Shown one piece after another: positions 16,284 through 26,319 of a stretch of 35,199 bases of DNA. Under the pieces are notes generated by a model. The model did no database searches, was not told where the DNA came from, and saw nothing but the letters and a program-made list of their open reading frames with translations. Source of the DNA: Synergistaceae bacterium (GTDB taxonomy: Bacteria > Synergistota > Synergistia > Synergistales > Aminobacteriaceae). Where the stretch lies: assembly GCA_031289165.1 (NCBI GenBank), contig JAITPZ010000183.1:1-35199 (forward strand), written 5' to 3'. The position numbers and the translations under genes are program-made. Position 1 is the stretch's first letter; every line of letters starts with the position of its first letter.

Positions 16284-16475
16284 TGATCTTCACCTCCGGT
16301 GTATGTATCTCTCAATCTTCCGCAGGTATTTTCGTGCCCCGCGTGACAGATGTCAAGCCCAATTCCATAATAGTCCCACAAACATTCAGGCCCATGAGGG
16401 CAGAGCCCCTTCGGCGTCGCGCATCCTCACCGGCCCCTCTGGAACCTCTGACGATTAAATTCAGCAGAGGGAACG

Positions 16476-17225
16476 TTATCGAGACCTCGCCTGCAGCGCC
16501 CAGCCGGGAACCATCGACCACGCCCGCTTCAGCTCCTGCGCGTGACGTTTCGCCTCGGGGTCGAGGTGTTCGAGAAGCGCGTGAAAGGCCCTCGAGTGGT
16601 TCATTTCCCTCAAATGACAGAGCTCGTGCAGCAGAACGTGACTCACGAGGCGGGGAGGCAGAAACAGCAGGCGGCTGTTCAGGCTGATGTTGCCTTTGGA
16701 GGAACAGCTGCCCCAGCGGCTCTTCTGCTCCCGGACGGCGACGTTTGCAACCTGAAAGGAATGGTGTTGCGCGGCGCTGTGCAGAAGCGGAGGCAGGCGA
16801 AGGCGTCCCCTGAAAAGCAGCCAATGCCTGAGCGCGGACAGGGCCTCGCTTTCCCTGAAGTCCGACGTCAGCACGATCCTGCCCTCCTCCATGACGAGAC
16901 GATCTCTCGCGAGCGGCGCCACGACCACGCTCCACTTTTCGCCGAGGGCGGGGAGGTCGATCGTCGCGGGCAGCCCCTTCGTCTCCTCGATCTGTCGGAC
17001 GCGCGCTCCGACTTTCGCCACGGCCTTTTCGATCCAGTCCCTTCTGGACTCCAGAATGGGCTCCAGTTCCCGTCCCACGCAAAATTTCCGAGGAACGACG
17101 ACCGTCAGGCCCTCCGCGGAGACGATCAGCCGTACGTTGCGCGCGCGGGGGCTGCGTCTGACGCTGAAGGGCCAGGGAAATTTTGGATGCCTCAAAAACG
17201 TGTCGCCGTTCCTGGAATTTTCCAT
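16476..17225 (-). CDS. YgjP-like (DUF45/M48-related) zinc metallopeptidase
   Basis: HELCHLREMNHS (an HExxH motif) lies near the C-terminus, preceded by a WGSCS motif. I chose the start MENSRNG at 17225, directly after the ROK stop. The longer ORF-track start at 17354 overlaps the ROK gene. Confidence 0.75.
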   Translation of the reverse strand: MENSRNGDTFLRHPKFPWPFSVRRSPRARNVRLIVSAEGLTVVVPRKFCVGRELEPILESRRDWIEKAVAKVGARVRQIEETKGLPATIDLPALGEKWSVVVAPLARDRLVMEEGRIVLTSDFRESEALSALRHWLLFRGRLRLPPLLHSAAQHHSFQVANVAVREQKSRWGSCSSKGNISLNSRLLFLPPRLVSHVLLHELCHLREMNHSRAFHALLEHLDPEAKRHAQELKRAWSMVPGWALQARSR

Positions 17226-17226
17226 T

Positions 17227-18126
17227 TTATTTAAAATTCTCCATTCGCGCCCGGGCCAGCCCCGCCGCGCCGAAAATCGGGGCGTCCGTGTCCAGCAGGG
17301 ACAAGCGGATGGACAGAGTTTTTCGGAAGGCTCCGCCGAGGTAACGCGGAACACGCGCCTCGAGAAGTTCCATGAAGTCCGCCCCCCGGCTCAGTCCTCC
17401 GCCAATGACGACGAGTTCCGGGTCAAAGACGTGAATCAGCGAGGCGATGCCCCGCGCGATCGCTGAGAGCGCAAAATCCCAGAGTGGAGCGACAGCGGGA
17501 TCTTCCCGTCGCGTCCAGAGGTCCCTGAGGTCGGGGCGACTGCCGAGCCCCATCGCCCCGGCCCTGCGCTCGAGGGCATCCGCGCCGCACAGGGCCTCGA
17601 AGTGCCCGAGCCCGCCGCAGCCCGGACCGCAGGGTTCTTCCTGCCCCAGCACGATGTGCCCCAGTTCGCCCCCCATGCCGTGGGCCCCGGTCAGAAGGCG
17701 TCCGCCCGAGACGACTCCGCCCCCGATTCCCGTGCCCAGGGTGAGGACGACGTAATCATCGACCCCTTTGGCCGCTCCGGCGAGCCCCTCGCCCAGCGCG
17801 TAGGCGTTGGCGTCGTTCTCGATGACGGTGCAGCCGCCGATGGCCTCCGCGAGCATTCGGCGTACAGGCAGGCCATTCCAGCCCATGAAATTCGTGATCA
17901 TCAGCGCGTTCTCGCGCGCTGCGTCGATACCTCCGGGAACGCAGACCCCCGTCGGAACCTCCGGCCCCGCCCCCAGCGCACGCACCATCCGCGCGATCTG
18001 GGCGATCACCGGCCCCGGTTTTCTCGAACCCTCCGTACTTTCCTCGAGCCGATCCCGGATGACGTCCCCATCAACGAGCCCCGCCACCACCTTGTGCCCC
18101 CCCAGGTCCACACCAATCGCGTTCAT
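17227..18126 (-). CDS. ROK-family sugar kinase (glucokinase-like)
   Basis: 299-aa ORF with IGVDLGG, ENDANAYALGE, LTLGTGIGGG and GELGH...CGPGCGGLGHFE motifs. Confidence 0.8.
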   Translation of the reverse strand: MNAIGVDLGGHKVVAGLVDGDVIRDRLEESTEGSRKPGPVIAQIARMVRALGAGPEVPTGVCVPGGIDAARENALMITNFMGWNGLPVRRMLAEAIGGCTVIENDANAYALGEGLAGAAKGVDDYVVLTLGTGIGGGVVSGGRLLTGAHGMGGELGHIVLGQEEPCGPGCGGLGHFEALCGADALERRAGAMGLGSRPDLRDLWTRREDPAVAPLWDFALSAIARGIASLIHVFDPELVVIGGGLSRGADFMELLEARVPRYLGGAFRKTLSIRLSLLDTDAPIFGAAGLARARMENFK

Positions 18127-18481
18127 GAAAACCCCGTCCTCCGTCGATTTTTACCCCTGATGCCTGATGTACATTTTAATGGAAATCGGGCGGAAAACAA
18201 TCGAACCCGACGATGCGAGGGAGCCAGGCGTACAGGCGATCGAACACCTCATGCGCTTTCCGTTCACGTATTCACGCGTTGCCTGGGGAGGTTCTAAAGT
18301 CGAATTATTTTTTCACAAAATTTTGTAATATAATAATATTAGATTTTTTTAATGAGGCATTAAAGGTCCGACATGCTGACATTTGGTTCGAAGACAGGAG
18401 CGGTATTTTTACTGGCGGGTACTGTCGTCGAGAAGTGTTGTTATGTATCCATCTGGATATTTCAGCAGGTGGGAGGAGTTT

Positions 18482-21292
18482 ATGATGTCTGTTCGCGTAA
18501 AAGTCGTTCTCATTATGCTTTCCATCGTCGCCGCGATCACCGTATCCAGCACGGTCATAGGGGTATTCTTCACAGAGAGCCGCATTCTGGAGATGACGGG
18601 GGAAGATATGACCGTCGTCAGCGAAATTGCGGACAAGTTGGTTTCCAGCGAAATCCGTCTGCTGAAGGAGGGGCTGAGGACGATCGTCACCCTCGTGACC
18701 CACATCGACGAGGTAAGGATACCATCCGTGCTGAAGGCCCAGGCCGAACTCGACGATCGTTATCTCGCCCTGACGTATTTTCGGTTCGATGGCGCGTATG
18801 AATCCTGGGGCGAGGACGCTCCGCCTCCCGCGTTCATCGACAGAAAATACGCGCAGCTGGCTTTGTGGGGAGGCAGCAGCATCTCCACAACGGAAAAAAC
18901 TCCGACGGGCAGGCTCGTCTTTCGAGTCTCCGTCTCCGCGGGAAACGACGGCATTCTGGTCGCCACCGTGCCGGGAATGCTGTTCACCGACCTCATATCG
19001 CAGTTCAAAATCTGGGAGACCGGAAGCATCTTCATTCTCGACGAAAGCGGCACGCTCATCGCCCACAACAATCTGACCTTCGTCGACGAGCGTTATAACT
19101 TCATCGAACTGGGCGAAACCGACCCCGCCTGGCGGTCGACCGCCGATTTTCACAAAAAGATGATTCAGCGGGGCGAGGGCACAGGGACCTATACATTCCT
19201 TGGCGTCGAGCGGGTTTGCGCCTACAGACCGGTCAGCGGTTCGGAGGTGGGCTGGTCGCTCGGAGTGTCCTCGCCGATGTCGGAGAGTCCCATCGTACGG
19301 GTGCGGCAGGGACAGTTGCTTTCCGCCGTGATATTTCTGGGGCTGGGCCTGCTGGCCGCGTTTCTCGCGGCGGGCAGCATCGTGCGCCCCTTCGAGCTGA
19401 TACGGGAGCAGAACGTCCAGCTCGCGGAACTCCGAGAAATGGCGGAAAGCGCGTCGAACGCCAAAAGCAGCTTCCTCGCCAATATGAGTCACGAAATGCG
19501 CACACCTCTCAACGCGATTATCGGTCTGAGCGAGCTGGCGCTCGATTTCGAAGATCTGAAGGACGAAACCGCCGAATATCTGGGAAAAATCTATAACTCC
19601 GGCATGACGCTCCTCGGGATCATCAACGACATTCTGGACATCTCGAAAATCGAGTCGGGGAAGTTCGAGCTGATACCGGTCACGTACGACACTCCCAGTC
19701 TGGTCAACGACACCCTGACGCTGAACATGATGCGCATCGGCGACAAGCCCATCCGGTTTCGCCTGCAGGTCGACGAGACTCTGCCGAACAGGCTGCTGGG
19801 CGACGAGCTGAGGGTCAAACAGGTTTTCAACAACCTTCTGAGCAACGCCTTCAAGTACACGAAGGAGGGCGTCGTGGACTGGAGCCTCGCCTGGGAGCGG
19901 GACGGAGACGACGTCTGGCTGATTTCCAGCGTGCGGGACTCCGGCATCGGCATTCGCGAGGAGGATATCGGCAGGCTGTTTTCCGAATACAACCAGGTGG
20001 ACGTGAAAACCAACCGGAAGATAGAGGGGACCGGCCTGGGGCTCTCCATCACAAAAAAAATGGCGGAGATGATGGACGGTTCCATCACGGTGGAGAGCGA
20101 GTACGGAAAGGGGAGCACGTTCACGGTGCGCCTTCGTCAGAAACTCGTCTCGGACGTGCCCATCGGCAGGGGGATCACGGAAAACCTGAAAAAATTTTGT
20201 TACTCCGACGACCGGCGCACCCAAAACTCGAAACTGGTGAGAATCCGCCTCCCCTACGCAAAGGTGCTGGTCGTGGACGACGTTCCGACAAATCTGGACG
20301 TCGCGAAGGGGATGCTGAAACCCTACGGTATGCAGGTGGACTGCGTCGCCAGCGGTCCGCAGGCCATAGACCTGATCCGCGGAGCGGAAGACCGGTACAA
20401 CGCGATTTTTATGGACCACATGATGCCGGGCATGGACGGTATCGAGGCCACGCGTATCATTCGCGGCGAGATCGGGAGCGAATACGCGGAAACCGTGCCC
20501 ATCATCGCCCTGACCGCCGACGCGATTATCGGGAGCGAGGAAAAATTTCTCTCGAGCGGCTTTCAGGCCTTTCTTTCAAAACCCATCGACGTGATGCGGC
20601 TGGACCAGGTCATTCGGCAGTGGGTGCGGAACAGGGAACTGGAAAGAGAACCGAGCGGCGCCGAAGATGAACCGCTCCCGGACGCTCCGGAGGAGACGGC
20701 GGCCGTTTCCGCGCCCTGGTCGATCGAGGGATGGCGGATCGATGGGGTCGATCTCGAGGGGGCTCTGAAGCGGTTCGGCGACGACAGGGAGTCGTTGCTG
20801 CAGATACTTCGCTCCTACGCCGAGACTACGCGGCCCCTGCTCGATCGGATACGCCTTTGCGCGGAAGAGGGCTTGCCCGACTACGCGATCGTCGTACACG
20901 GCATCAGGGGCAGCAGTTACAGCATATGCGCCGACGCGGCGGGGAAAAAGGCGGAGGAACTGGAATACGCGGCGAAAGATGGCGATTTTACGTTCGTCCG
21001 ATCGAACAATGACGCTTTCATCGCTCTTATGGAGAATTTGCTCAGGGATCTGTCCGCGTTCCTCGAAAAAGCGACCCCCGCGAATCAAAAACCAAAAAAA
21101 ACCGAGCCGGACGCGGCGTTGCTGACCCGTCTGAGCGACGCCTGCGCGGATTTCAGCATGGACACGGTGGACGAGGTCATGGCCGAGCTGGAGAGCTGCG
21201 AATACGAATCGCGGGGAGAACTGGTCGAGTGGATCAGAGAACAGGTAAATCTGATGGAGCTCGACCGAATACGGGAAAAGCTGTCGAGCTGA
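18482..21292 (+). CDS. hybrid sensor histidine kinase with TM, a dCache-like periplasmic domain, TM, HisKA, HATPase, REC and Hpt
   Basis: The H-box is [15 protein letters not shown] and the G-box is [12 protein letters not shown]. The REC domain reads [10 protein letters not shown]...[12 protein letters not shown], and the C-terminal Hpt reads VHGIRGSS. The ATG at 18482 has GGGAGGAG upstream and is followed by a TM segment. Confidence 0.9.
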   Translation: MMSVRVKVVLIMLSIVAAITVSSTVIGVFFTESRILEMTGEDMTVVSEIADKLVSSEIRLLKEGLRTIVTLVTHIDEVRIPSVLKAQAELDDRYLALTYFRFDGAYESWGEDAPPPAFIDRKYAQLALWGGSSISTTEKTPTGRLVFRVSVSAGNDGILVATVPGMLFTDLISQFKIWETGSIFILDESGTLIAHNNLTFVDERYNFIELGETDPAWRSTADFHKKMIQRGEGTGTYTFLGVERVCAYRPVSGSEVGWSLGVSSPMSESPIVRVRQGQLLSAVIFLGLGLLAAFLAAGSIVRPFELIREQNVQLAELREMAESASNAKSSFLANMSHEMRTPLNAIIGLSELALDFEDLKDETAEYLGKIYNSGMTLLGIINDILDISKIESGKFELIPVTYDTPSLVNDTLTLNMMRIGDKPIRFRLQVDETLPNRLLGDELRVKQVFNNLLSNAFKYTKEGVVDWSLAWERDGDDVWLISSVRDSGIGIREEDIGRLFSEYNQVDVKTNRKIEGTGLGLSITKKMAEMMDGSITVESEYGKGSTFTVRLRQKLVSDVPIGRGITENLKKFCYSDDRRTQNSKLVRIRLPYAKVLVVDDVPTNLDVAKGMLKPYGMQVDCVASGPQAIDLIRGAEDRYNAIFMDHMMPGMDGIEATRIIRGEIGSEYAETVPIIALTADAIIGSEEKFLSSGFQAFLSKPIDVMRLDQVIRQWVRNRELEREPSGAEDEPLPDAPEETAAVSAPWSIEGWRIDGVDLEGALKRFGDDRESLLQILRSYAETTRPLLDRIRLCAEEGLPDYAIVVHGIRGSSYSICADAAGKKAEELEYAAKDGDFTFVRSNNDAFIALMENLLRDLSAFLEKATPANQKPKKTEPDAALLTRLSDACADFSMDTVDEVMAELESCEYESRGELVEWIREQVNLMELDRIREKLSS

Positions 21293-21312
21293 AGGAAGGC
21301 AGGGGCATTCGT

Positions 21313-22443
21313 ATGGAAAACGGAGAATACGGAACGGAAAAGAGAACGGGAAACACTCGTCGTAAAATCATGCTGGTGGACGACAACATGGCAAATCTCA
21401 CGATGGGCAAGAACATGTTGAAAACATTTTACGAGGTATTTCCGCTTCCATCCGGGGCAAAGCTCTTCGAGCTTCTGGAAAAAGTCATTCCGGATCTGAT
21501 CCTTCTGGATATCGAAATGCCCGAGATGAATGGTTACGAAGCGATCCGGAAGCTGAAGGACAACCCCCGCCTGGCCGACATTCCGGTCATCTTCCTGACG
21601 GCGAGGAGCGACGAGAACAGCGAGCTGGAGGGACTCAGCCTGGGAGCGATCGACTACATTTCAAAACCCTTCTCCGCCCCGCTTTTGCTGAAGCGAATCG
21701 AAAACCACCTTCTCATCACGTCGCAGAAACGGGAACTGAAAAACTACAGCGACAACCTGGTGGAGATGGTGCAGCGGAAAACCCGGCAGGTGATCGATCT
21801 GCAAAACGCGATCCTGAGCACCGTGGCCGAAATGGTGGAATTCCGGGACGATGTTACCGGTGGGCACGTCGAGCGCACGCAGAAATACCTCAAACTTCTG
21901 GTGGACAGGCTGATTGAGGAAAAAATCTACGAAGAGGAGACCCTGACGTGGAACCTGGAGTTTCTGATCCCGTCCGCGCAGCTTCACGACGTGGGCAAGA
22001 TCGCGATCAGCGACACCATCCTGAACAAGCCGGGCAAACTGACGCCGGAGGAGTTCGAGGAGATGAAAAAGCACGTTACGGTCGGAGTGGACGCGATCGC
22101 AAGAATCGAAAACAACACGGCCGAGCACGCGTTTTTGGACCACGCCAGAATTATCGCCGGCACACACCACGAAAAATGGGACGGCACGGGATACCCTCTG
22201 GGCTTGCGGGGAAAGGAGATTCCGCTGGAGGGACGTCTGATGGCGATCGCCGACGTGTACGACGCCCTGATCTCGACGCGTCCCTACAAAAAACCCTTCA
22301 GCACGAGGGATGCCGAGCGAATCATCGAGGAGGGCAGGGGCACGCATTTCGATCCGCTGCTGGTCGATGTGTTTCACAGGGAGAGCGACCGGTTCGCCCG
22401 GATCGCGGACAGCCACAGCGACGCCCTCCTCGTCGAAAGGTGA
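21313..22443 (+). CDS. response regulator with an HD-GYP domain (RpfG-type c-di-GMP phosphodiesterase)
   Basis: REC domain (IMLVDDN...LILLDIEMPEMNG...FLTA) followed by HDVGKIAI and HHEKWDGTGYP motifs. The start is 20 nt after the kinase stop. Confidence 0.9.
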   Translation: MENGEYGTEKRTGNTRRKIMLVDDNMANLTMGKNMLKTFYEVFPLPSGAKLFELLEKVIPDLILLDIEMPEMNGYEAIRKLKDNPRLADIPVIFLTARSDENSELEGLSLGAIDYISKPFSAPLLLKRIENHLLITSQKRELKNYSDNLVEMVQRKTRQVIDLQNAILSTVAEMVEFRDDVTGGHVERTQKYLKLLVDRLIEEKIYEEETLTWNLEFLIPSAQLHDVGKIAISDTILNKPGKLTPEEFEEMKKHVTVGVDAIARIENNTAEHAFLDHARIIAGTHHEKWDGTGYPLGLRGKEIPLEGRLMAIADVYDALISTRPYKKPFSTRDAERIIEEGRGTHFDPLLVDVFHRESDRFARIADSHSDALLVER

Positions 22444-22449
22444 CGGGCA

Positions 22450-22800
22450 ATGTCGATTCGTTTGAAGAGCATTCTGACCATCAATTTGATCGCGTTGATT
22501 ATCATAGTGCTGGTTTTGGGCTCGGTCCCGATTTTCACCCAGCGGAGCCTCGCCAATTCATAGACGACGCGGACTGATTCGTAATTGCCAACATACGTCC
22601 CGAATGGGTGTTGAACCGTTACAACTTCATCGAGATGGCGAAAACTGACAGCCAATATCGGAGCGTCGCGACGACGACCTTCGGGAATGTATGGGCATGG
22701 TGGCGGATTGTGTGGATGTGGATCGAGTGCGCATCTGGAAAAATCATGTAAAGGGGGAACCTTCCGAACGTAAGGAAAGCATCCCCGTATTCCCCCTGTG
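22450..22800 (+). pseudogene. remnant of a membrane sensor gene (N-terminal TM stub plus out-of-frame sensory-domain fragment)
   Basis: A 37-codon ORF, MSIRLKSILTINLIALIIIVLVLGSVPIFTQRSLANS, ends at 22563. Protein-like text follows in other frames (EWVLNRYNFIEMAKTDSQYRSVATTT, then MGMVADCVDVDRVRIWKNHVKGE). No continuation exists before the convergent ferredoxin gene. Confidence 0.3.
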
Positions 22801-22833
22801 GCGGGGCTGTTCTCGGCGTCTGAAGCCGAGGCG

Positions 22834-23490
22834 TTACAGGTCGTCCAGAATTTCGCCGCTGATGGAGAGGGTAACAACCCGCCACGGCAGGGTTTTACCG
22901 GAATTCTTGAGGGCTGTGGCAACGGCCTTTTCGATGCCGCCGCAGCAGGGAACCTCCATACGGATCACCGTTACGGATCGGATGGCGTTGCCGGCGATGA
23001 TGGCGGTCAGCTTTTTGCCGTAGTCCACGTCGTCGAGTTTCGGACAACCGATCAGCGTAACTCTGTTCCGAATGAACTCCTCGTGAAGGGACGCGCGGGC
23101 GTAGGCGGCGCAATCGGCGGACACGAGCAGGTTCGCGTTCTCGAAGCAGGGCGCGTCAACGGGTATGAGCCGGATCTGCATCGGCCACTGCCTGAGCTGA
23201 CTCCGGGGGAGTTCCGCACCGGAGCGGCCGCATGAGGTTTGTTTATCCGACATCTGTGCCACGTTCGCCCTCGCCATTTTCTCGTCATACCCGGCCGCTT
23301 CGCGTTCCTCGAAGGAAATGGCTCCCATGGGGCAGACAGGCAAACAGTTACCAAGTCCGTCGCAATAATCGTCCCGCAGGAGTGTTGCCTTTCCCTCTAC
23401 AATGCCGATCGCTCCTTCGCGGCAGGCGTCGGCGCAGAGGCCGCATCCGTTGCACTTTTCCTCGTCGATTTTGATGATTTTGCGTATCAT
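22834..23490 (-). CDS. ferredoxin-like protein: N-terminal 2x[4Fe-4S] domain plus a Cys-containing C-terminal domain
   Basis: 218-aa ORF with CNGCGLCADAC and CDGLGNCLPVCP, then C-terminal IGCPKLDD and EVPCCGG motifs. Confidence 0.75.
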   Translation of the reverse strand: MIRKIIKIDEEKCNGCGLCADACREGAIGIVEGKATLLRDDYCDGLGNCLPVCPMGAISFEEREAAGYDEKMARANVAQMSDKQTSCGRSGAELPRSQLRQWPMQIRLIPVDAPCFENANLLVSADCAAYARASLHEEFIRNRVTLIGCPKLDDVDYGKKLTAIIAGNAIRSVTVIRMEVPCCGGIEKAVATALKNSGKTLPWRVVTLSISGEILDDL

Positions 23491-23570
23491 TCACGTCGCC
23501 TCCCGGCTTTATGGTCTTGATTTTATGTGCCCATCATAATACAGTGAATATGGTGCGTCTGTTGTTTTTA

Positions 23571-23590
23571 CGACAAAATTATTTTTGTCG
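23571..23590 (+). promoter_or_regulatory. perfect 8-4-8 palindrome immediately upstream of the crp/fnr RBS (operator or 5' UTR hairpin)
   Basis: CGACAAAA-TTAT-TTTTGTCG, directly followed by GGAGGAGGG and the ATG at 23602. Confidence 0.25.
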
Positions 23591-23601
23591 GAGGAGGGAT
23601 T

Positions 23602-24330
23602 ATGAAGAAATTTTTGCCCGCCATGCTGCCCGCGATAAAAAAATGTGCGCTCTTTGCCACTGTCGACGAATCCGATCTGGAGGCGCTGCTGAATTGTCTC
23701 GGGGCGACGACGGATGTGTTCGAAAAGAACGACTTCATTTTCAGGGTGGATGACGCGGCCGTCTCGGTCGGGCTCGTCCTTTCGGGCGGCGTCCACGTTC
23801 TGCAGGAGGACTTCTGGGGGAACCGCGCGATCGTGGCGCGCGTCGAGTCCGGAGATTCGTTCGGCGAGGCGTTTTCCTGCGCGGGGGTGGAAAAACTGCC
23901 GGTCGCCGTCGTCGCCGCCGAAAGGTCCGAGGTGCTGTTCCTCGACTACGGAAGGACGGCCGGCGTCTGTTCTTCGGTCTGCCCGTTCCACGTCGGGCTG
24001 ATCGAAAACATGATGCGGATACTGGCGGAGAAGAACATCGCGCTTACACAGAAGATGGAGCATCTCACGCGGCGCACCACGCGGGAAAAGCTGCTCTCCT
24101 GGCTCTCGGAGCAGGCGCGGCGGGCGGGAAGCAATTCGTTCGAGATCCCGTTCAACCGGCAGGAACTGGCCGAATATCTTTCGGTCGACAGAAGCGCCAT
24201 GTCGGCGGAACTCTCAAAAATGAGAAAAGAAAATCTTCTGCGGTGCGAACGCAGCCGTTTCGAGCTTCTGCGGGGCTGCTATACTGAGAAGCTGTCGGGT
24301 TCAACGGAGCGTCAACAATGTTCCTTATAG
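23602..24330 (+). CDS. Crp/Fnr-family transcriptional regulator
   Basis: 242-aa ORF with an N-terminal cNMP-binding-like beta-roll (GDSFGE) and a C-terminal HTH (RQELAEYLSVDRSAMSAELSKM). Confidence 0.85.
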   Translation: MKKFLPAMLPAIKKCALFATVDESDLEALLNCLGATTDVFEKNDFIFRVDDAAVSVGLVLSGGVHVLQEDFWGNRAIVARVESGDSFGEAFSCAGVEKLPVAVVAAERSEVLFLDYGRTAGVCSSVCPFHVGLIENMMRILAEKNIALTQKMEHLTRRTTREKLLSWLSEQARRAGSNSFEIPFNRQELAEYLSVDRSAMSAELSKMRKENLLRCERSRFELLRGCYTEKLSGSTERQQCSL

Positions 24331-24376
24331 CAGCATATCGCTGATGAAGAAGCGATTCATACGGTTCATTGCTTAT

Positions 24377-24420
24377 GGCTTTCAGCTATTCTGACTTTAA
24401 GCCTCTGAATTTTAAATTAT
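24377..24420 (+). repeat. degenerate partial copy (right half) of the MITE-like repeat
   Basis: TTTCAGCTATTCTGACTT matches the repeat core-to-right-arm region (compare copy D, TAGCTATTCTGACTTCAGG). The following CTTTAAGCCTCT is near-complementary to the left-arm AGAGGCTAAAAG. Confidence 0.45.
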
Positions 24421-24449
24421 CAGTTCAACAGGGGAGGTTTACCGCAGTT

Positions 24450-26309
24450 TTGAAACGGCCGGTCGATATTCTGAAAGAGGTATTCGGTTTCGATTCCTTT
24501 CGCAGGGGACAGGACGACATTATAGGGCGGATTCTGGAGGGGCGGGATGTGCTGGGCGTCATGCCGACGGGCGCGGGAAAATCGCTCTGTTATCAAATTC
24601 CGGCGCTCTCGCTCGGCGGGGTGTCGGTCGTCGTGTCGCCGCTGATCTCCCTGATGAAGGATCAGGTCGACGCTCTGCTCCAGAACGGGGTTCAGGCGGC
24701 GGCGCTCCACAGCGCGATGGAGTGGGAAGATGTGCGGAGCGTCCTGAGCGCCGTCCGCCGTGGCCGCACGACTTTGCTTTACGTCGCGCCGGAGCGGTTC
24801 GGAAACGCCGCGTTTCGGGAGTTCTTCGCGACGCTGGACCTGCGGCTTTTCGTCATCGACGAGGCGCACTGCGTCTCCCAGTGGGGGCACGACTTCCGCC
24901 CCTCCTACCTGAAGCTCGCGGAGGCCGTCGCCCTGTTGCCCCAACGTCCGACCGTCGCGGCCTTCACCGCCACAGCGACGCCCGAGGTTCGCCTCGACAT
25001 CGTCGCCAGGCTGGAGCTGAAAAAGCCCTTTGTCCTGACCACCGGGTTCGACCGGGAAAACCTGTTTTTTCAGGTCGAGCGCCCCGCCGACAAGACGGCC
25101 TTCCTTCTCGATTACGTCGGGAAGTTCTCCGGCTCCCCGGGGATCGTCTACTGCTCGACGCGACGCGCGGTCGAGGAGGTCTGCGAGGCCCTGAACAAAA
25201 AGGACATCTCCGCCGTTCGCTACCACGCGGGGCTGGCGGAGGAGGAGCGCCGCGAGAACCAGGAGGCGTTCATCTACGACCGCCGGCCGGTCATGGTCGC
25301 GACCAACGCCTTCGGCATGGGGATCGACAAGTCCAACGTGCGTTACGTCGTGCACTACAACATGCCGGGCAGCGTCGACAGCTACTATCAGGAGGCGGGC
25401 CGCGCCGGACGTGACGGAGCCTCCTCCGAATGCGTGCTGCTGTTCGCCAAGAAGGACATCACGACGGCGCGCTTTCTGATCGACCAGAGCGAGAACGCCG
25501 AAAGCAAACAGACCGCGTACCGGAAACTCCAGTCCATGATCGACTACTGCAACACGGAACGCTGCCTGCGCGCCCACATCCTGAGCTACTTCGGCGAGGC
25601 GAACGTCAGAGACGGCTGCGACGCCTGCGGCAACTGCGTCTCCGTGGCGGAGCGCGTGGACGTCACCACGGAGGCGAAGATGATCCTTTCCTGCGTCTAC
25701 CGCATGGAGGAACGCTCGGGCCGGCTGTTCGGAAGCACGATGCTGGCCGACGTGCTGACGGGTTCGCTGAGGCTGAAGGTCACAGACCTGGGCTTCGAGA
25801 CGCTTTCGACCTGGGGCCTCCTGAAGGACCGCCACAGAAGAGAGGTCAAAGATATCATCGACTTCCTGACGGCTGAGGGCTACCTGAAGGCATCGGAGGA
25901 GTACTCCGTGCTTTCGTTCACCGACCGGACCCGCCCCTTTCTGCGCGGGCAGGAAAAGCTCCTGATGCGCAAACGTGCGCCGCAACGCCGGCAAAAAATC
26001 GACGAAACGAGGAAAATCGGCAGAAAAATCGAGGAGGACGTATTCACTAAAATCTATGGAAAAGCCGGCGCGACAAACGACGGGGATCTGTTCGAACGCC
26101 TGCGCGCCCTGCGGAGGGAACTGGCCGACGAGCAGAAGGTGCCGCCCTACGTCGTGTTCGCGGACACCGTTCTGCGCGCCATGTGCGAGGCGATGCCGAC
26201 GGACGCCGAAGAACTGCTGGCCATCTCCGGCGTGGGGCAGGTCAAGCTGGAAAAGTACGGCGACCGATTTTTGACCGTCCTGCGCGGCTGGCGCGCCTCT
26301 GAGCTTTAA
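24450..26309 (+). CDS. recQ: ATP-dependent DNA helicase RecQ
   Basis: [25 protein letters not shown], a Zn-binding Cys cluster (CLRAH...CDACGNC) and a C-terminal HRDC domain. I prefer the TTG at 24450, which has GGGGAGG 12 nt upstream. The longest ORF starts at 24369, but its first 27 codons lie in repeat-derived AT-rich DNA. Confidence 0.9.
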   Translation: MKRPVDILKEVFGFDSFRRGQDDIIGRILEGRDVLGVMPTGAGKSLCYQIPALSLGGVSVVVSPLISLMKDQVDALLQNGVQAAALHSAMEWEDVRSVLSAVRRGRTTLLYVAPERFGNAAFREFFATLDLRLFVIDEAHCVSQWGHDFRPSYLKLAEAVALLPQRPTVAAFTATATPEVRLDIVARLELKKPFVLTTGFDRENLFFQVERPADKTAFLLDYVGKFSGSPGIVYCSTRRAVEEVCEALNKKDISAVRYHAGLAEEERRENQEAFIYDRRPVMVATNAFGMGIDKSNVRYVVHYNMPGSVDSYYQEAGRAGRDGASSECVLLFAKKDITTARFLIDQSENAESKQTAYRKLQSMIDYCNTERCLRAHILSYFGEANVRDGCDACGNCVSVAERVDVTTEAKMILSCVYRMEERSGRLFGSTMLADVLTGSLRLKVTDLGFETLSTWGLLKDRHRREVKDIIDFLTAEGYLKASEEYSVLSFTDRTRPFLRGQEKLLMRKRAPQRRQKIDETRKIGRKIEEDVFTKIYGKAGATNDGDLFERLRALRRELADEQKVPPYVVFADTVLRAMCEAMPTDAEELLAISGVGQVKLEKYGDRFLTVLRGWRASEL

Positions 26310-26319
26310 CCGGCCTTTC

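Noticed and set aside
18380-18400. GGTTCGAAG, a T-loop-like motif suggesting a tRNA
   Set aside because: No acceptor, D or anticodon stems can be drawn around it. It lies in the kinase 5' region and looks like a chance match.
23491-23570. FNR/CRP-type boxes in the ferredoxin-crp divergent spacer (TTGAT...ATCA, TGTG...TACA)
   Set aside because: The half-sites are spaced 11-12 nt apart rather than the 4 or 6 nt of the TTGAT-N4-ATCAA or TGTGA-N6-TCACA consensus. This is not a convincing site.
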